From assembly GCA_963675785.1 (NCBI GenBank), contig OY776562.1:1056001-1120000 (forward strand): a DNA stretch of 64,000 nt, written 5' to 3'. This document shows positions 1 to 8,941 of this stretch, in pieces. The DNA is from Anaerolineae bacterium (GTDB lineage: Bacteria > Chloroflexota > Anaerolineae > UBA1429). The position numbers and the translations under genes are program-made. Under the pieces are notes generated by a model. The model saw only the letters and a program-made list of their open reading frames with translations, did not search any database and had not been told where the DNA came from. Position 1 is the stretch's first letter, and each line of letters begins with the position of its first letter.

Positions 1-16
1 GGCACGAGACCGGTAT

Positions 17-2122
17 GTGCTGTGGGTCAATGGAGTTTGGGCTGCTGACGGTCCTGCCATTTCGCCGGCTGACTTGGCACTGGTGGACACAATTGATGTG
101 GCTGGCATGCTTTGTGAGGGCAATAACAGCCTGGCGTTTGTTGTATACAGCAACAAGAGCGAGCCTATGCTATTCGCTGATGGACTGATTCATACGGCCA
201 TCAACGAGGTACGCATTCTTTCGGATTCCACCTGGCATGTTCGGCGAGCAGATTGGCTGGGGCCGTTGTCCGCTCAGGACGACGCGTCTGTCGTCTATTC
301 TGCGCCCGCTGAGCCGCCCGATTGGCGTATGCTAGCCCCGCGTCATGGCTGGCAGCCGGCTCAGGCGCTGCGGAGTAATCATGGAGCAGACATCCCCGCA
401 TTGGCCGACCGCCCGATCGGCCGACTCTACGAAGAAGACGTGGTTGCTCAGCTGGCCTGGTTGGGGCGTGGCCCCCGTACCATTCATGCGCGTGGGGGCG
501 CTGTGGTGGATTGGTTTAATCAGTCGGCGGTAGAAGGCGATGGCGTCTATCGGCTCAAGGCAACGCCCGGTCATTACGAATTGACTTGGGATAACGTCCT
601 TACGTTTGATCTTGGGCGCGCCTGTTTTTGCCGACCCTGCCTATCTGTTCATACTGAAGCTGATGGCGGCGTCATGGCGATCTATTACCATGCTACCCTG
701 AGTGAACGCCCTCTGGCCAGCACTTCTCTGACTGCGAAGGGTACCCAAACTTGTGATGTAATCGAGTTGGGAAAAGGTCAGACAGACTGGACCCGGCAAG
801 AGCCTCGCGGAACCCGCTACGTTACCATCCATTATGGCGGAACGATCGCTTGCGAGATAGACACAAGATTCTCGCGGATTCGCTATCCGTTTGCTAGCAA
901 GTCGTCATTTACTTCAGGTGATGCCTTGTTGGAAAAGACCTGGCATACCGCCGCCGAAACGCTCGATGCGGCAACGGCCGACGTTTATGGGCATAGCACT
1001 ATAGAAGATAGCAGGCTGTGGCCTTCTGATCTCCTGGCAAGCGGACGTGCTGCATTCTATAGTTTTGGCGAGACGGCGCTCTGGCGGCGTTGCCTTTTAC
1101 ATATCCCCCGTGGGTTGGGTATTCTGGATGCCAACAACCCCTTGGATATCGTTGATACGCTCGTGCAGCGGATGTACTGGGCGCGATCCTGCTGGGACTA
1201 TCAGATGCTTTCTGGGGATCGGACGCTTCTTCCTGAGGTGGCACAGTCCGTCAGTGAATTGCTCGATGATTGCGCCGAGTATATGACGGAAGAGGATTTG
1301 TTTGCACCTTCGCGCACCTCGCGAGAATTGGATGCGCTTTCTGACGAGCCCTATTCATTGGAACTCAACGCGCTCTTGTATATGACGGCCAAGAGTGTGC
1401 AGCGCATCGCTCAGGCTGTATCCGATGATGGTATGGAGCAGCTTGCCATGCAATTTGTGGATGCGCTTGGCGTAGAGGCTGCGCGGTTCTATGACATTCA
1501 GGAACGTCGCTATCTTCTTACCTTGCCCAGAAGCAGAGAAGCGGCATCCCGTCGCGATATAAATGACAGTCGATGGCTCATACCGAACGCGATGATCTGC
1601 CTGGCGGGGTTGGGTCCAAATGCCCAACGCAAGGCGGTTGCTTCTTCCATCGCAGAGGTGTGTGTGCCCCCCATGGGGCGAGAGAACCGGGTGTCTCCGG
1701 TACATGTCAGCGATATTGGGCGTGTTCTGAGTGACTATGGCTATGCAGATAGTGCACTGCGCTTTTTTCAAACCGTATATGCCGAAAAGCTGTACGGTGG
1801 GGCCGTTACCTTTGGCGCCAATCTCGGCGGTACGGTTAGCGGTGATGCTTGTTCAGCAGCAGCTTCAATCAATACGTATTTGGCCGAAGATGTAATTGGC
1901 CTGCGACCGGTGGTAGCCGGCTGGCGGCGTATTCTTTTACGCCCTTCTTTTCTTGTCAAAGAGCTTACCTATGCGTTTCATTCGCCCGCGGGGCGTATTG
2001 CCATCCAGATTGAGGGCGCACGCATTATCGCTTCACATCCCGAAGGGGTTCAGCTTGAATGCGCTGGCAAGAACTTTGCCGGAACCGGTGAACCGCAAGT
2101 TGTGTTTGAGCTTAATAAGTAA
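17..2122 (+). CDS. Alpha-L-rhamnosidase (GH78)-like protein, probably 5'-truncated by the window edge
   Basis: GH78-like layout: TFDLGR beta domains, 'SSFTSGDALLEKTWHTAAET' segment, (alpha/alpha)6 region and C-terminal 'GLRPVVAGWRRILLRP...HSPAGRI'. Catalytic motifs look degenerate. Confidence 0.65.
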   Translation: MLWVNGVWAADGPAISPADLALVDTIDVAGMLCEGNNSLAFVVYSNKSEPMLFADGLIHTAINEVRILSDSTWHVRRADWLGPLSAQDDASVVYSAPAEPPDWRMLAPRHGWQPAQALRSNHGADIPALADRPIGRLYEEDVVAQLAWLGRGPRTIHARGGAVVDWFNQSAVEGDGVYRLKATPGHYELTWDNVLTFDLGRACFCRPCLSVHTEADGGVMAIYYHATLSERPLASTSLTAKGTQTCDVIELGKGQTDWTRQEPRGTRYVTIHYGGTIACEIDTRFSRIRYPFASKSSFTSGDALLEKTWHTAAETLDAATADVYGHSTIEDSRLWPSDLLASGRAAFYSFGETALWRRCLLHIPRGLGILDANNPLDIVDTLVQRMYWARSCWDYQMLSGDRTLLPEVAQSVSELLDDCAEYMTEEDLFAPSRTSRELDALSDEPYSLELNALLYMTAKSVQRIAQAVSDDGMEQLAMQFVDALGVEAARFYDIQERRYLLTLPRSREAASRRDINDSRWLIPNAMICLAGLGPNAQRKAVASSIAEVCVPPMGRENRVSPVHVSDIGRVLSDYGYADSALRFFQTVYAEKLYGGAVTFGANLGGTVSGDACSAAASINTYLAEDVIGLRPVVAGWRRILLRPSFLVKELTYAFHSPAGRIAIQIEGARIIASHPEGVQLECAGKNFAGTGEPQVVFELNK

Positions 2123-2158
2123 ATATCCTCAGGTGTTGCGTATGGCGCGCTAAAAATA

Positions 2159-3394
2159 CTAGTTGGTCCACTGGCTGACATCGATCCCGTATATTTGTCG
2201 GGAACCTTCGTGAACAGAGTCAACGGTGATGATGCGTCCATCACCGCGCCACCGGGGATGCAGATCGCAACGAATATCGCCGACAAATTGCGCATTGTGC
2301 GCTGGGCGTGCCAGTATGATTTTCGTGTTTTCGTGCGGATTGTAGATGAACAGCTCGGCGGCCCTTCCGGCCTCTGTTTTTGGCGGTCCCGCAAGATCAA
2401 GGATGTTTTTTGGCGAGTCTGTAGAGACCGCTGTGTTGCCCGGATAGGTATCGCAGGCTATCCACTGCCCATTGGGCGCAAGACAGGCGTGACCATCTTG
2501 CGGCATGTAGCCATCTCCCCAGGGCTCACAATGTCCGTCCAGAATATTGATGCAGGTGAACTGCATGGTGCCGCAGGCATCATCGCTGCAGAGCAAGTGA
2601 CTTTCATCCAGCCAGCAAAAATGCGAGATGCGATAGCGGTAATCCAACAGGCATTTCAACTCGCTGCCGTCACTATTCATCACCCAAAGCGAATCCAATC
2701 GTCCCCGATCCCGTTCTGCTGAAATGACCCTCGTAAGGAATACCAGTTTTTCACCAGCTGGGCTGTAGAGAAGGTGATTGAACCAGAGGGCGCCATGCTC
2801 AGGTTGGGGCCATCCCTCCAATGCGGCACTCTCGGATTCGACTTGGGCGAGGGACACGATCAGCTCTTTATGCCCGGATTCGAGATCTATTTGCCAAATG
2901 CCATCATCCTGGGGCGCTATCTCCAGTTCGCTTGAGGAGGAGAGATCGTATCCTACAACAGGGCGACATTTCCACATGCGGGCATAGTTTAGGCTGACTG
3001 CGCGATAGTGTGTGTTATCTACAGCTGCCAGAGCGCCGCTGAACGTACGACGCTTGAGATTGACAGGATCAATTGCCTGACTCACCAACTGACCGTTTTG
3101 CCAATCGTTGTAGGTAAACTCTGTGCGCCCCCCCGTTTTGATCCAGAACATCATCGAGCCTTGTTGAAGGTTAAAGGCGGGTGTTGTCCCGAATGGCTGA
3201 AAGTCACCTGCTACGGCATCAAGCAAGCCTACGCGAGCTATGTCGGCGCCAGTTGGCCGTCGCTCATGAAATGTCGTTTCCAGTGCGAGATGCCGCGTTC
3301 CTGATGGATCCCATGCAGAAACGCCATAATAGCCGAAAAAGTGATGCAGCGGTCCTCTGGAAAGAGGGATCAAAAACTGTGTTGCATCTGCCAT
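2159..3394 (-). CDS. TolB/oligogalacturonate-lyase-like beta-propeller protein
   Basis: Motifs 'HHFFGYY', 'FNLQQGSM', 'WFNHLLYSP', 'DGHAC..PNG.WI..DTYP', 'RCDLHPRW..DG..I.VDS.HEG.RQIY'. Confidence 0.6.
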   Translation of the reverse strand: MADATQFLIPLSRGPLHHFFGYYGVSAWDPSGTRHLALETTFHERRPTGADIARVGLLDAVAGDFQPFGTTPAFNLQQGSMMFWIKTGGRTEFTYNDWQNGQLVSQAIDPVNLKRRTFSGALAAVDNTHYRAVSLNYARMWKCRPVVGYDLSSSSELEIAPQDDGIWQIDLESGHKELIVSLAQVESESAALEGWPQPEHGALWFNHLLYSPAGEKLVFLTRVISAERDRGRLDSLWVMNSDGSELKCLLDYRYRISHFCWLDESHLLCSDDACGTMQFTCINILDGHCEPWGDGYMPQDGHACLAPNGQWIACDTYPGNTAVSTDSPKNILDLAGPPKTEAGRAAELFIYNPHENTKIILARPAHNAQFVGDIRCDLHPRWRGDGRIITVDSVHEGSRQIYGIDVSQWTN

Positions 3395-3414
3395 AGATTC
3401 CCTCCGGATGCGTA

Positions 3415-5019
3415 TTATTGGGTCAAAAGAGTTTTTCTAATCAAAAGACACCAGTTTGGATCACGCGGCCATTCCTCAAAGCTCGTAATATCCTTCAAGA
3501 GCTCACTGTCTCGGTCGATGCCGAGGGTTTGCAACAAGCAGTAATCTTGCAGCGATTCCCCCAGAATCTCCCACCGTATCGAGTCTACAGGGCCATCGGG
3601 TCCCGGATAGACAACAAAAGGATCGCCATACACCCAACCGTCTTGCCAGGCATGGGCATCCTGAATGGTATAGGGATCGATCAGTTCCTGAGTTTGCCGC
3701 TTGAACCAATAGTTATAGCCCCAATGCAAGAAACCTTTGAATGGCCAGCGGTAGAACAACAAGCCGTGCATGGCAATCTTGGTTAAAGGGGTATCGATGA
3801 GGCGATTGATGTAGCGACCGCGCGGCCCGCAGCAATAATAACATCCTGATTCGATGCCGGCATTCAAAAAATCGAGAGCGGCACGCGTGCTGGGGAAGGG
3901 CAGATCGACCAGATGCTCCAGGCCGTATTCTAGGTGGCTGGTGGCATCACACGTCTTGATCCATGGCGCCAGTTCGTGGATGAGCTGCCTGTCAGCGCGA
4001 TAGTTGGCCACATCCTTTTCGTTGGGCTCGTCCGATATGTGAAAGAGTGAGGCGGCCAGAAGGCCTTCGCGCTCCAAAAAGGCATGCAGCTCGGGCAGAT
4101 ACTGACTCAAAAAGTTGCGGTATACCGTTCCAGTTGCCGGGGTCTCTGGCGGCCATAGCAGGTTGCCATCCTTGCCCTGGCCATGATAGATGCGGATGGC
4201 ATTGGCCGCGCCCCATTGCGTGAAAAAGTGTGTCCATTCGAACTTGGTCAGGCCACAGGCACGCGCCAAGTCGACATAACGTTTGACATCGCGCCAATCA
4301 AAAACGTACTGCCCAGGGGTGGTCTCTTGCACGATGAGTAACTGGCTGGGCAGCTTAACTCCATCCAGGGGCGGGGTAAAGACGGGCACATAAATCACGT
4401 TTTGCCCGTGTTCAGCAAGATTCTTGAGGTAAGCGGGCAGAATGCTCCAAAAGCGCTCGTCGAACTGATCCGTGCCGTAATAGGCAAAGAGCGAATCTAC
4501 ATAGAACCAGTTGGTGATGTCAAAGCCTTGCCGCGGGTTGATGGTCACATCATACAAGGTGATGGGAATAGTGCAGTGGCGGGTGGTTCCATCGGCTGCG
4601 GTGAGTGTGATGGTAAGCGTATGCTGGCCAGGCTCGGCGTTCGTTGTAGGGGTGATGCTCAACCAAAAAGCATGTGTTTCTTGCTCGGGGAGCAAGAGCT
4701 CACGCTCATCAAACAAAGGATCAGGCACAAAACCTGGAATGTGGCCACGCCCCTCGACATCACTTTCGTCATCGTTAGGAAGCATGTTCAGGTGCCTGAT
4801 GGGCACATAGCCAACGCGTCGGACACGGACCTGGAAGGCCTTGTTCGGCTCGATAGTTGCTGTGATAGTGGTACGCTCAGAAAGAGAGTTGAGCCGCACG
4901 GCCACCTGGATGCTGTGCGTTTCATTCAGGGCACTCTCGATCCTCGGGCAATAGGGCTGGAGTGGCGTATCGGGATAGATTCTTGTAGTAGAAGAAACCA
5001 ACCATGCTTCAAAGGACAT
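3415..5019 (-). CDS. DUF4091-domain protein (GH123-like glycoside hydrolase)
   Basis: 'HISDEP', 'YYCCGP', 'GFLHWGYNYW', 'GDPFVVYPG...SIRWE'. Confidence 0.75.
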   Translation of the reverse strand: MSFEAWLVSSTTRIYPDTPLQPYCPRIESALNETHSIQVAVRLNSLSERTTITATIEPNKAFQVRVRRVGYVPIRHLNMLPNDDESDVEGRGHIPGFVPDPLFDERELLLPEQETHAFWLSITPTTNAEPGQHTLTITLTAADGTTRHCTIPITLYDVTINPRQGFDITNWFYVDSLFAYYGTDQFDERFWSILPAYLKNLAEHGQNVIYVPVFTPPLDGVKLPSQLLIVQETTPGQYVFDWRDVKRYVDLARACGLTKFEWTHFFTQWGAANAIRIYHGQGKDGNLLWPPETPATGTVYRNFLSQYLPELHAFLEREGLLAASLFHISDEPNEKDVANYRADRQLIHELAPWIKTCDATSHLEYGLEHLVDLPFPSTRAALDFLNAGIESGCYYCCGPRGRYINRLIDTPLTKIAMHGLLFYRWPFKGFLHWGYNYWFKRQTQELIDPYTIQDAHAWQDGWVYGDPFVVYPGPDGPVDSIRWEILGESLQDYCLLQTLGIDRDSELLKDITSFEEWPRDPNWCLLIRKTLLTQ

Positions 5020-5291
5020 ATCACTCCTCTGGCACGTGCGCCTGGATGTTCACATAATCTTGCAAGTATACCATTCGTGGATGCCAAGCTCAAGGCTATT
5101 GTCTGGAATAGAACAATATCTAGCAAAGTAGAATAGATATTGCAGATAGTTCATCACGAAATCTGAGTTTCGCCCATTCGTTGCGTCTTTGCAAGTGAGA
5201 GAAACTATATATTTAAGCTTGTTCGTTTTCAGAACGTCAATAACCTTTACGACCAGATTTGGAGCATTGGGTAACGTACGCATACAGGGGG

Positions 5292-5669
5292 ATGATGAAA
5301 CTTGATCAGCGCTGGGAAGACCTCGTCTTTTCGACACTTGTGTCGGCAGGCATGTCTTTTGTTATTTCAACGATGACAGCAGTTCTTTACTACATATTGG
5401 GCTTGTGGGATAATTTCTGGGCTCCGTATTTGCGAGGCATGTCCATAGGCTTTGTCATCGGTATCCCCGCAGCCATGGTGCTTGTGCCGCTGGTTCGTCG
5501 CCTCGTTAAGCGTCTTGTATCTTCAGAAACAGACCAAGCGCCGCACAAAAAGCGACGCCTTTTGTGTATGCCTACCAGGTCATGGGCACATAGCCCTCAC
5601 GAATGGCCTCTGATACCGGTTGACCGATACCTCGTACGACACAGCCCAAATTCCGCAAAAGATCGCTGA
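5292..5669 (+). CDS. Small membrane protein (DUF2798-like)
   Basis: Two hydrophobic helices 'LVSAGMSFVIS...GFVIGIPAAMVLVPLVRRLV'. The 3' end reads through a hairpin and into the opposite-strand gene. Confidence 0.5.
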   Translation: MMKLDQRWEDLVFSTLVSAGMSFVISTMTAVLYYILGLWDNFWAPYLRGMSIGFVIGIPAAMVLVPLVRRLVKRLVSSETDQAPHKKRRLLCMPTRSWAHSPHEWPLIPVDRYLVRHSPNSAKDR

Positions 5670-5907
5670 CGTTATGCTTGTCTGAGCACCAGGAGCAAGC
5701 TTCAGGAACAACACCAGCTTCAATGAGGCTCTTTACGCGTTCGGCCAGTTCGGGATGGGTGGCGATGGTTATTTCAGAGGGGCCGAACAGGTAGACGCGC
5801 AGATTTGGGATCCATTGGCGATTGGCAGCATTGACGGCATAAACGAGTCCCATCTCCAATACATCAGGATCACCACTAACGAGAATGACAGCTAACTTTT
5901 CGCTCAC
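5572..5907 (-). CDS. DsrE/DsrF-like protein
   Basis: 'GLVYAVNA...VYLFGPSE...PEACSWC...GYVPMTW'. Confidence 0.7.
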   Translation of the reverse strand: MSEKLAVILVSGDPDVLEMGLVYAVNAANRQWIPNLRVYLFGPSEITIATHPELAERVKSLIEAGVVPEACSWCSDKHNVSDLLRNLGCVVRGIGQPVSEAIREGYVPMTW

Positions 5908-6045
5908 TGTATTTCCTTTCGACTTGTCGAGTTTCAACCAGGCCCTATAATGCCAGTCTATGACGGTGTCATGATGCCGCCATCATACCACAGGCAAAGA
6001 TGCCCTGATATGTGCAGAGACTGCTCTGGCAGCCAGGAGGTTGAC

Positions 6046-7254
6046 TTGGTCGAAAAGAATGGGTTACGCCGCGAAACCGTCATACTCATCCTACTCTTTG
6101 CCATTTTCGCTGCCTTTCAAGGTTCCCTTCAGGCCTTAGTGCCGCTCAAAATGGTCTCCCTGGGCATGTCCGATTCAGAGATTGGCCTTTTGCAGGCCGT
6201 CCCTGGTATTCTTGCCATGGCTTTTGGGGCGCCGCTTGCTCGTCTGGCTACCACGCGCTATCGCAAGGCCGCTTTGGCCGGCATTTTCCTTGCCAGCATT
6301 CTGGCATGTTTGATCTACCTCGTCGCCGAGACGCCTGCTGCCATGATCCCTGCACAAATTCTCTTTGGAGCCAGCAGCCCCGGCTTTTGGGCCTTGGCCC
6401 TTTTCACCTCTTTTCAGATGGTCGGTGACGGCAACCACAATCGCCTTCAAGGCAACATTGGTGTTGCTCAGGGCATTGGTTTTTGCACCGGTCCCATTCT
6501 GGGGGGCTTTATCGGGCGTTCGGTGATCAACCTGGGATTTTTCGGTGGGGTGGGGCTCGGTGTGTTGGGTTTTTTAGGGGTCATGTTGCTTTCGCCTACA
6601 CCCCAGCTTGAGGAGGGCGAGGGCCTTTGGCGAGGCTTTGTGGGGTCATACGTCCGATTGTTCCGCGTGGCCACACGGCGTCCGGCTGTGATTCTGGCGA
6701 TGGCGCTGGCTATGGCCAGTGGCTTTATCATTCAGGTTTACGGCGGCAGTTTTATGCTGGTCCATGCTTCCGGCATTGGCATCGCTACGCTGGTTTGCAC
6801 CATTGCCATGGGTTCTCGTGATCTAATGGCGGGCGTCGTCAGATCGTGGCAAAGCCAGGCTGTAGAGCGTGTTGGCCTTGTTCGGCTGCTCTTTCTCAGC
6901 CTGGGGACGGCATTGTTGATTACTTCCCTCGTGCCCATAACCACGGGGCCTTGGGGGCTTGGTCTGGTGATGGTTTCAAGTGGTGCCGCAATCGCCTTTG
7001 TCATTCCTGGGTTGAACGTGCTGGCGGGGGCCTCGTCCACGTTGACCGAGCAAGCATTTGGCATCGTCAGTACCACCATCGCCAACTTTGCTGCGCAGCT
7101 CTTTTTCGCGCCTGTAACAGGCGTGGTGCTAGAATCTATAGGCTATAACGCCGGTTACCCTCTCATCGGTGGGGCGGCGCTCCTGGCTCTTTTGGCGGTA
7201 TACCTATGGAGCCGCCGCGCTGTTCCTCGCTCGGCTGGCAAAGCGACTGAATAG
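6046..7254 (+). CDS. MFS transporter
   Basis: About 12 TM helices and 'GFCTGPILGG'. AGGAGG RBS precedes a TTG start at 6046. Confidence 0.8.
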   Translation: MVEKNGLRRETVILILLFAIFAAFQGSLQALVPLKMVSLGMSDSEIGLLQAVPGILAMAFGAPLARLATTRYRKAALAGIFLASILACLIYLVAETPAAMIPAQILFGASSPGFWALALFTSFQMVGDGNHNRLQGNIGVAQGIGFCTGPILGGFIGRSVINLGFFGGVGLGVLGFLGVMLLSPTPQLEEGEGLWRGFVGSYVRLFRVATRRPAVILAMALAMASGFIIQVYGGSFMLVHASGIGIATLVCTIAMGSRDLMAGVVRSWQSQAVERVGLVRLLFLSLGTALLITSLVPITTGPWGLGLVMVSSGAAIAFVIPGLNVLAGASSTLTEQAFGIVSTTIANFAAQLFFAPVTGVVLESIGYNAGYPLIGGAALLALLAVYLWSRRAVPRSAGKATE

Positions 7255-7304
7255 CGATCGTGGTGAGTGAATGCCCCGATAGTCACCGAGATCAAAGGAG
7301 ATGT

Positions 7305-7781
7305 ATGGAACTCCGAGAGATTCTCATAACCAATCTGAATGAATTGCCCACCAAACACGTCTGCAATCATGGGCCTTACGAGTACATCAAATCAACCGTC
7401 GTACCCAAAGATGACGAGAACGATTGCTGCGTGGCTTTTTACCAGATTCCACCGGGCAAATCGAATTATCCCTACCATTATCACACCAGTGCGACCGAGG
7501 TTTTTTACATCATCAGTGGCACCGGCATTCTGGAGACGCCTTCTGGGCAGAAAGCGGTGACAGCTGGTGACATCATCGTCTTTCCAGCCACTGAAGAGGG
7601 CGCACACAAACTCAGCAATCCCTCTGAATCCGAGATACTCACCTACCTCGATTTCGATACCCTCGATTTCCCCGATGTGATTTTCTACCCCGATTCCAAC
7701 AAAGTGGGCGTGGCCGTCAGCAGCAAGAATGCCATGTTCTACAAGCGGGATTCGGACGTGGATTATTTCGACGGCGAATAA
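7305..7781 (+). CDS. Cupin domain protein
   Basis: 'PYHYH...EVFYIISGTG...GDIIVFP....AH'. AAGGAG RBS. Confidence 0.8.
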   Translation: MELREILITNLNELPTKHVCNHGPYEYIKSTVVPKDDENDCCVAFYQIPPGKSNYPYHYHTSATEVFYIISGTGILETPSGQKAVTAGDIIVFPATEEGAHKLSNPSESEILTYLDFDTLDFPDVIFYPDSNKVGVAVSSKNAMFYKRDSDVDYFDGE

Positions 7782-7801
7782 GACTCAACAAGTCGGTATA
7801 T

Positions 7802-7843
7802 AAAAAGGGCGATAGGAGGATTCTCCTATCGCCCTTAGCTTTT
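7802..7843. terminator. Bidirectional rho-independent terminator
   Basis: Perfect stem AAGGGCGATAGGAG-gatt-CTCCTATCGCCCTT with A/T tails, between convergent genes. Confidence 0.8.
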
Positions 7844-7857
7844 ACTGTATGTCCAGC

Positions 7858-8631
7858 TCAAACTGGCTGAAGCGTGCCGGCAAAGATTTGCCAGGCCAGG
7901 GCGCTCTTGGCCAGGAGGCTCAAGAGAATATAGACAGCCTCACCAAACACATAGTTCTTCCAGGGCCCTACTTTTTTATATTGCAGCACCATGTTGACGG
8001 GAAAAATGTTGAATGTCGCAAAGATGGTGATGAGGATGGCATACACAAAACCGGGTATATCGGCGTTATTGCCAGAAGCAGAGCCGACCATCTGTAATAC
8101 CAGAATGCCCCAGGGAACAATGCCCGCCAGACAGCCAAATGTGAACGAAGTCCAGTCGGTGCGCTCGGTGGTCTGGTTATGCAGCTCCATCATATAGCCA
8201 AAGAGGTTCATTGAGGCGTTCACGGCAAATATGGCAATGAGAGCCACCAGATCATAAATGCCGGTGAGCATGGCGATGAGGATGATCATCAGCGACGAGC
8301 TAAAAGCGTACTCGATCCAGCGCGCCTTGTTGATCCCCTTCTTCAGATTTTTGATGTACCACGGATAAATACCGGGCAGCGTCAGCAAAAGATGGGCCAG
8401 GGCAGAGAGGAACAGAAAACAGGCTACGGCAATGCCGAACTTCAGGTTGAACGCAGTTTGGGTGTCCGTAACCAGTTTGCGTGTGGAGGTATCGAACAAG
8501 AGATAATTGGTGCGAATGGGCAGGGTGAAATCGTTGCTCAGCCAGACCATCAGAATACCCTGGGCGGCATGAAAAATGCCCATCACGAGGTTGTAAATGC
8601 GCAAGCGGCGGAAGGTAGTCTCTTGATCCAT
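7858..8631 (-). CDS. heR: Heliorhodopsin
   Basis: Family motifs 'YNLVMGIFHAAQ', 'SALAH', 'RWIEYAFSSSLM', 'MNLFGYMME' and retinal-binding 'LSLLAKSALAWQIF'. AAGGAGG RBS before ATG 8631. Confidence 0.93.
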   Translation of the reverse strand: MDQETTFRRLRIYNLVMGIFHAAQGILMVWLSNDFTLPIRTNYLLFDTSTRKLVTDTQTAFNLKFGIAVACFLFLSALAHLLLTLPGIYPWYIKNLKKGINKARWIEYAFSSSLMIILIAMLTGIYDLVALIAIFAVNASMNLFGYMMELHNQTTERTDWTSFTFGCLAGIVPWGILVLQMVGSASGNNADIPGFVYAILITIFATFNIFPVNMVLQYKKVGPWKNYVFGEAVYILLSLLAKSALAWQIFAGTLQPV

Positions 8632-8888
8632 GGTGGGGTCCTCCTTGAACACTGCTTTGTGCGAAAGGCTATTGCTGCCAGGATAATTGACATAAAGATA
8701 AATGTCAAGGCCTCGTTCCCTTATTAGCTGGATTAGCTTGTGTTCCACATGATTTTCACTGTGCCATCCTTTCCCTGCTTTTTTTGGGATGCTTTGGCAC
8801 TTGCCTAGCTGGATACTGTTAGAATAGTATAAAACTTGTTGAGTACTCTTCTTATTAATAGACCGACAATATTTTAATTAGAGTGTCC

Positions 8889-8897
8889 TGGTATAAT
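8889..8897 (+). promoter_or_regulatory. Candidate extended -10 promoter for the cas operon
   Basis: TGGTATAAT (TGnTATAAT) about 45 nt upstream of the cas3 ATG, in an AT-rich intergenic region. Confidence 0.5.
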
Positions 8898-8941
8898 CCT
8901 TTCTGGTATGCCACATTATTCTGCCGCGATAGGGGTAACAT

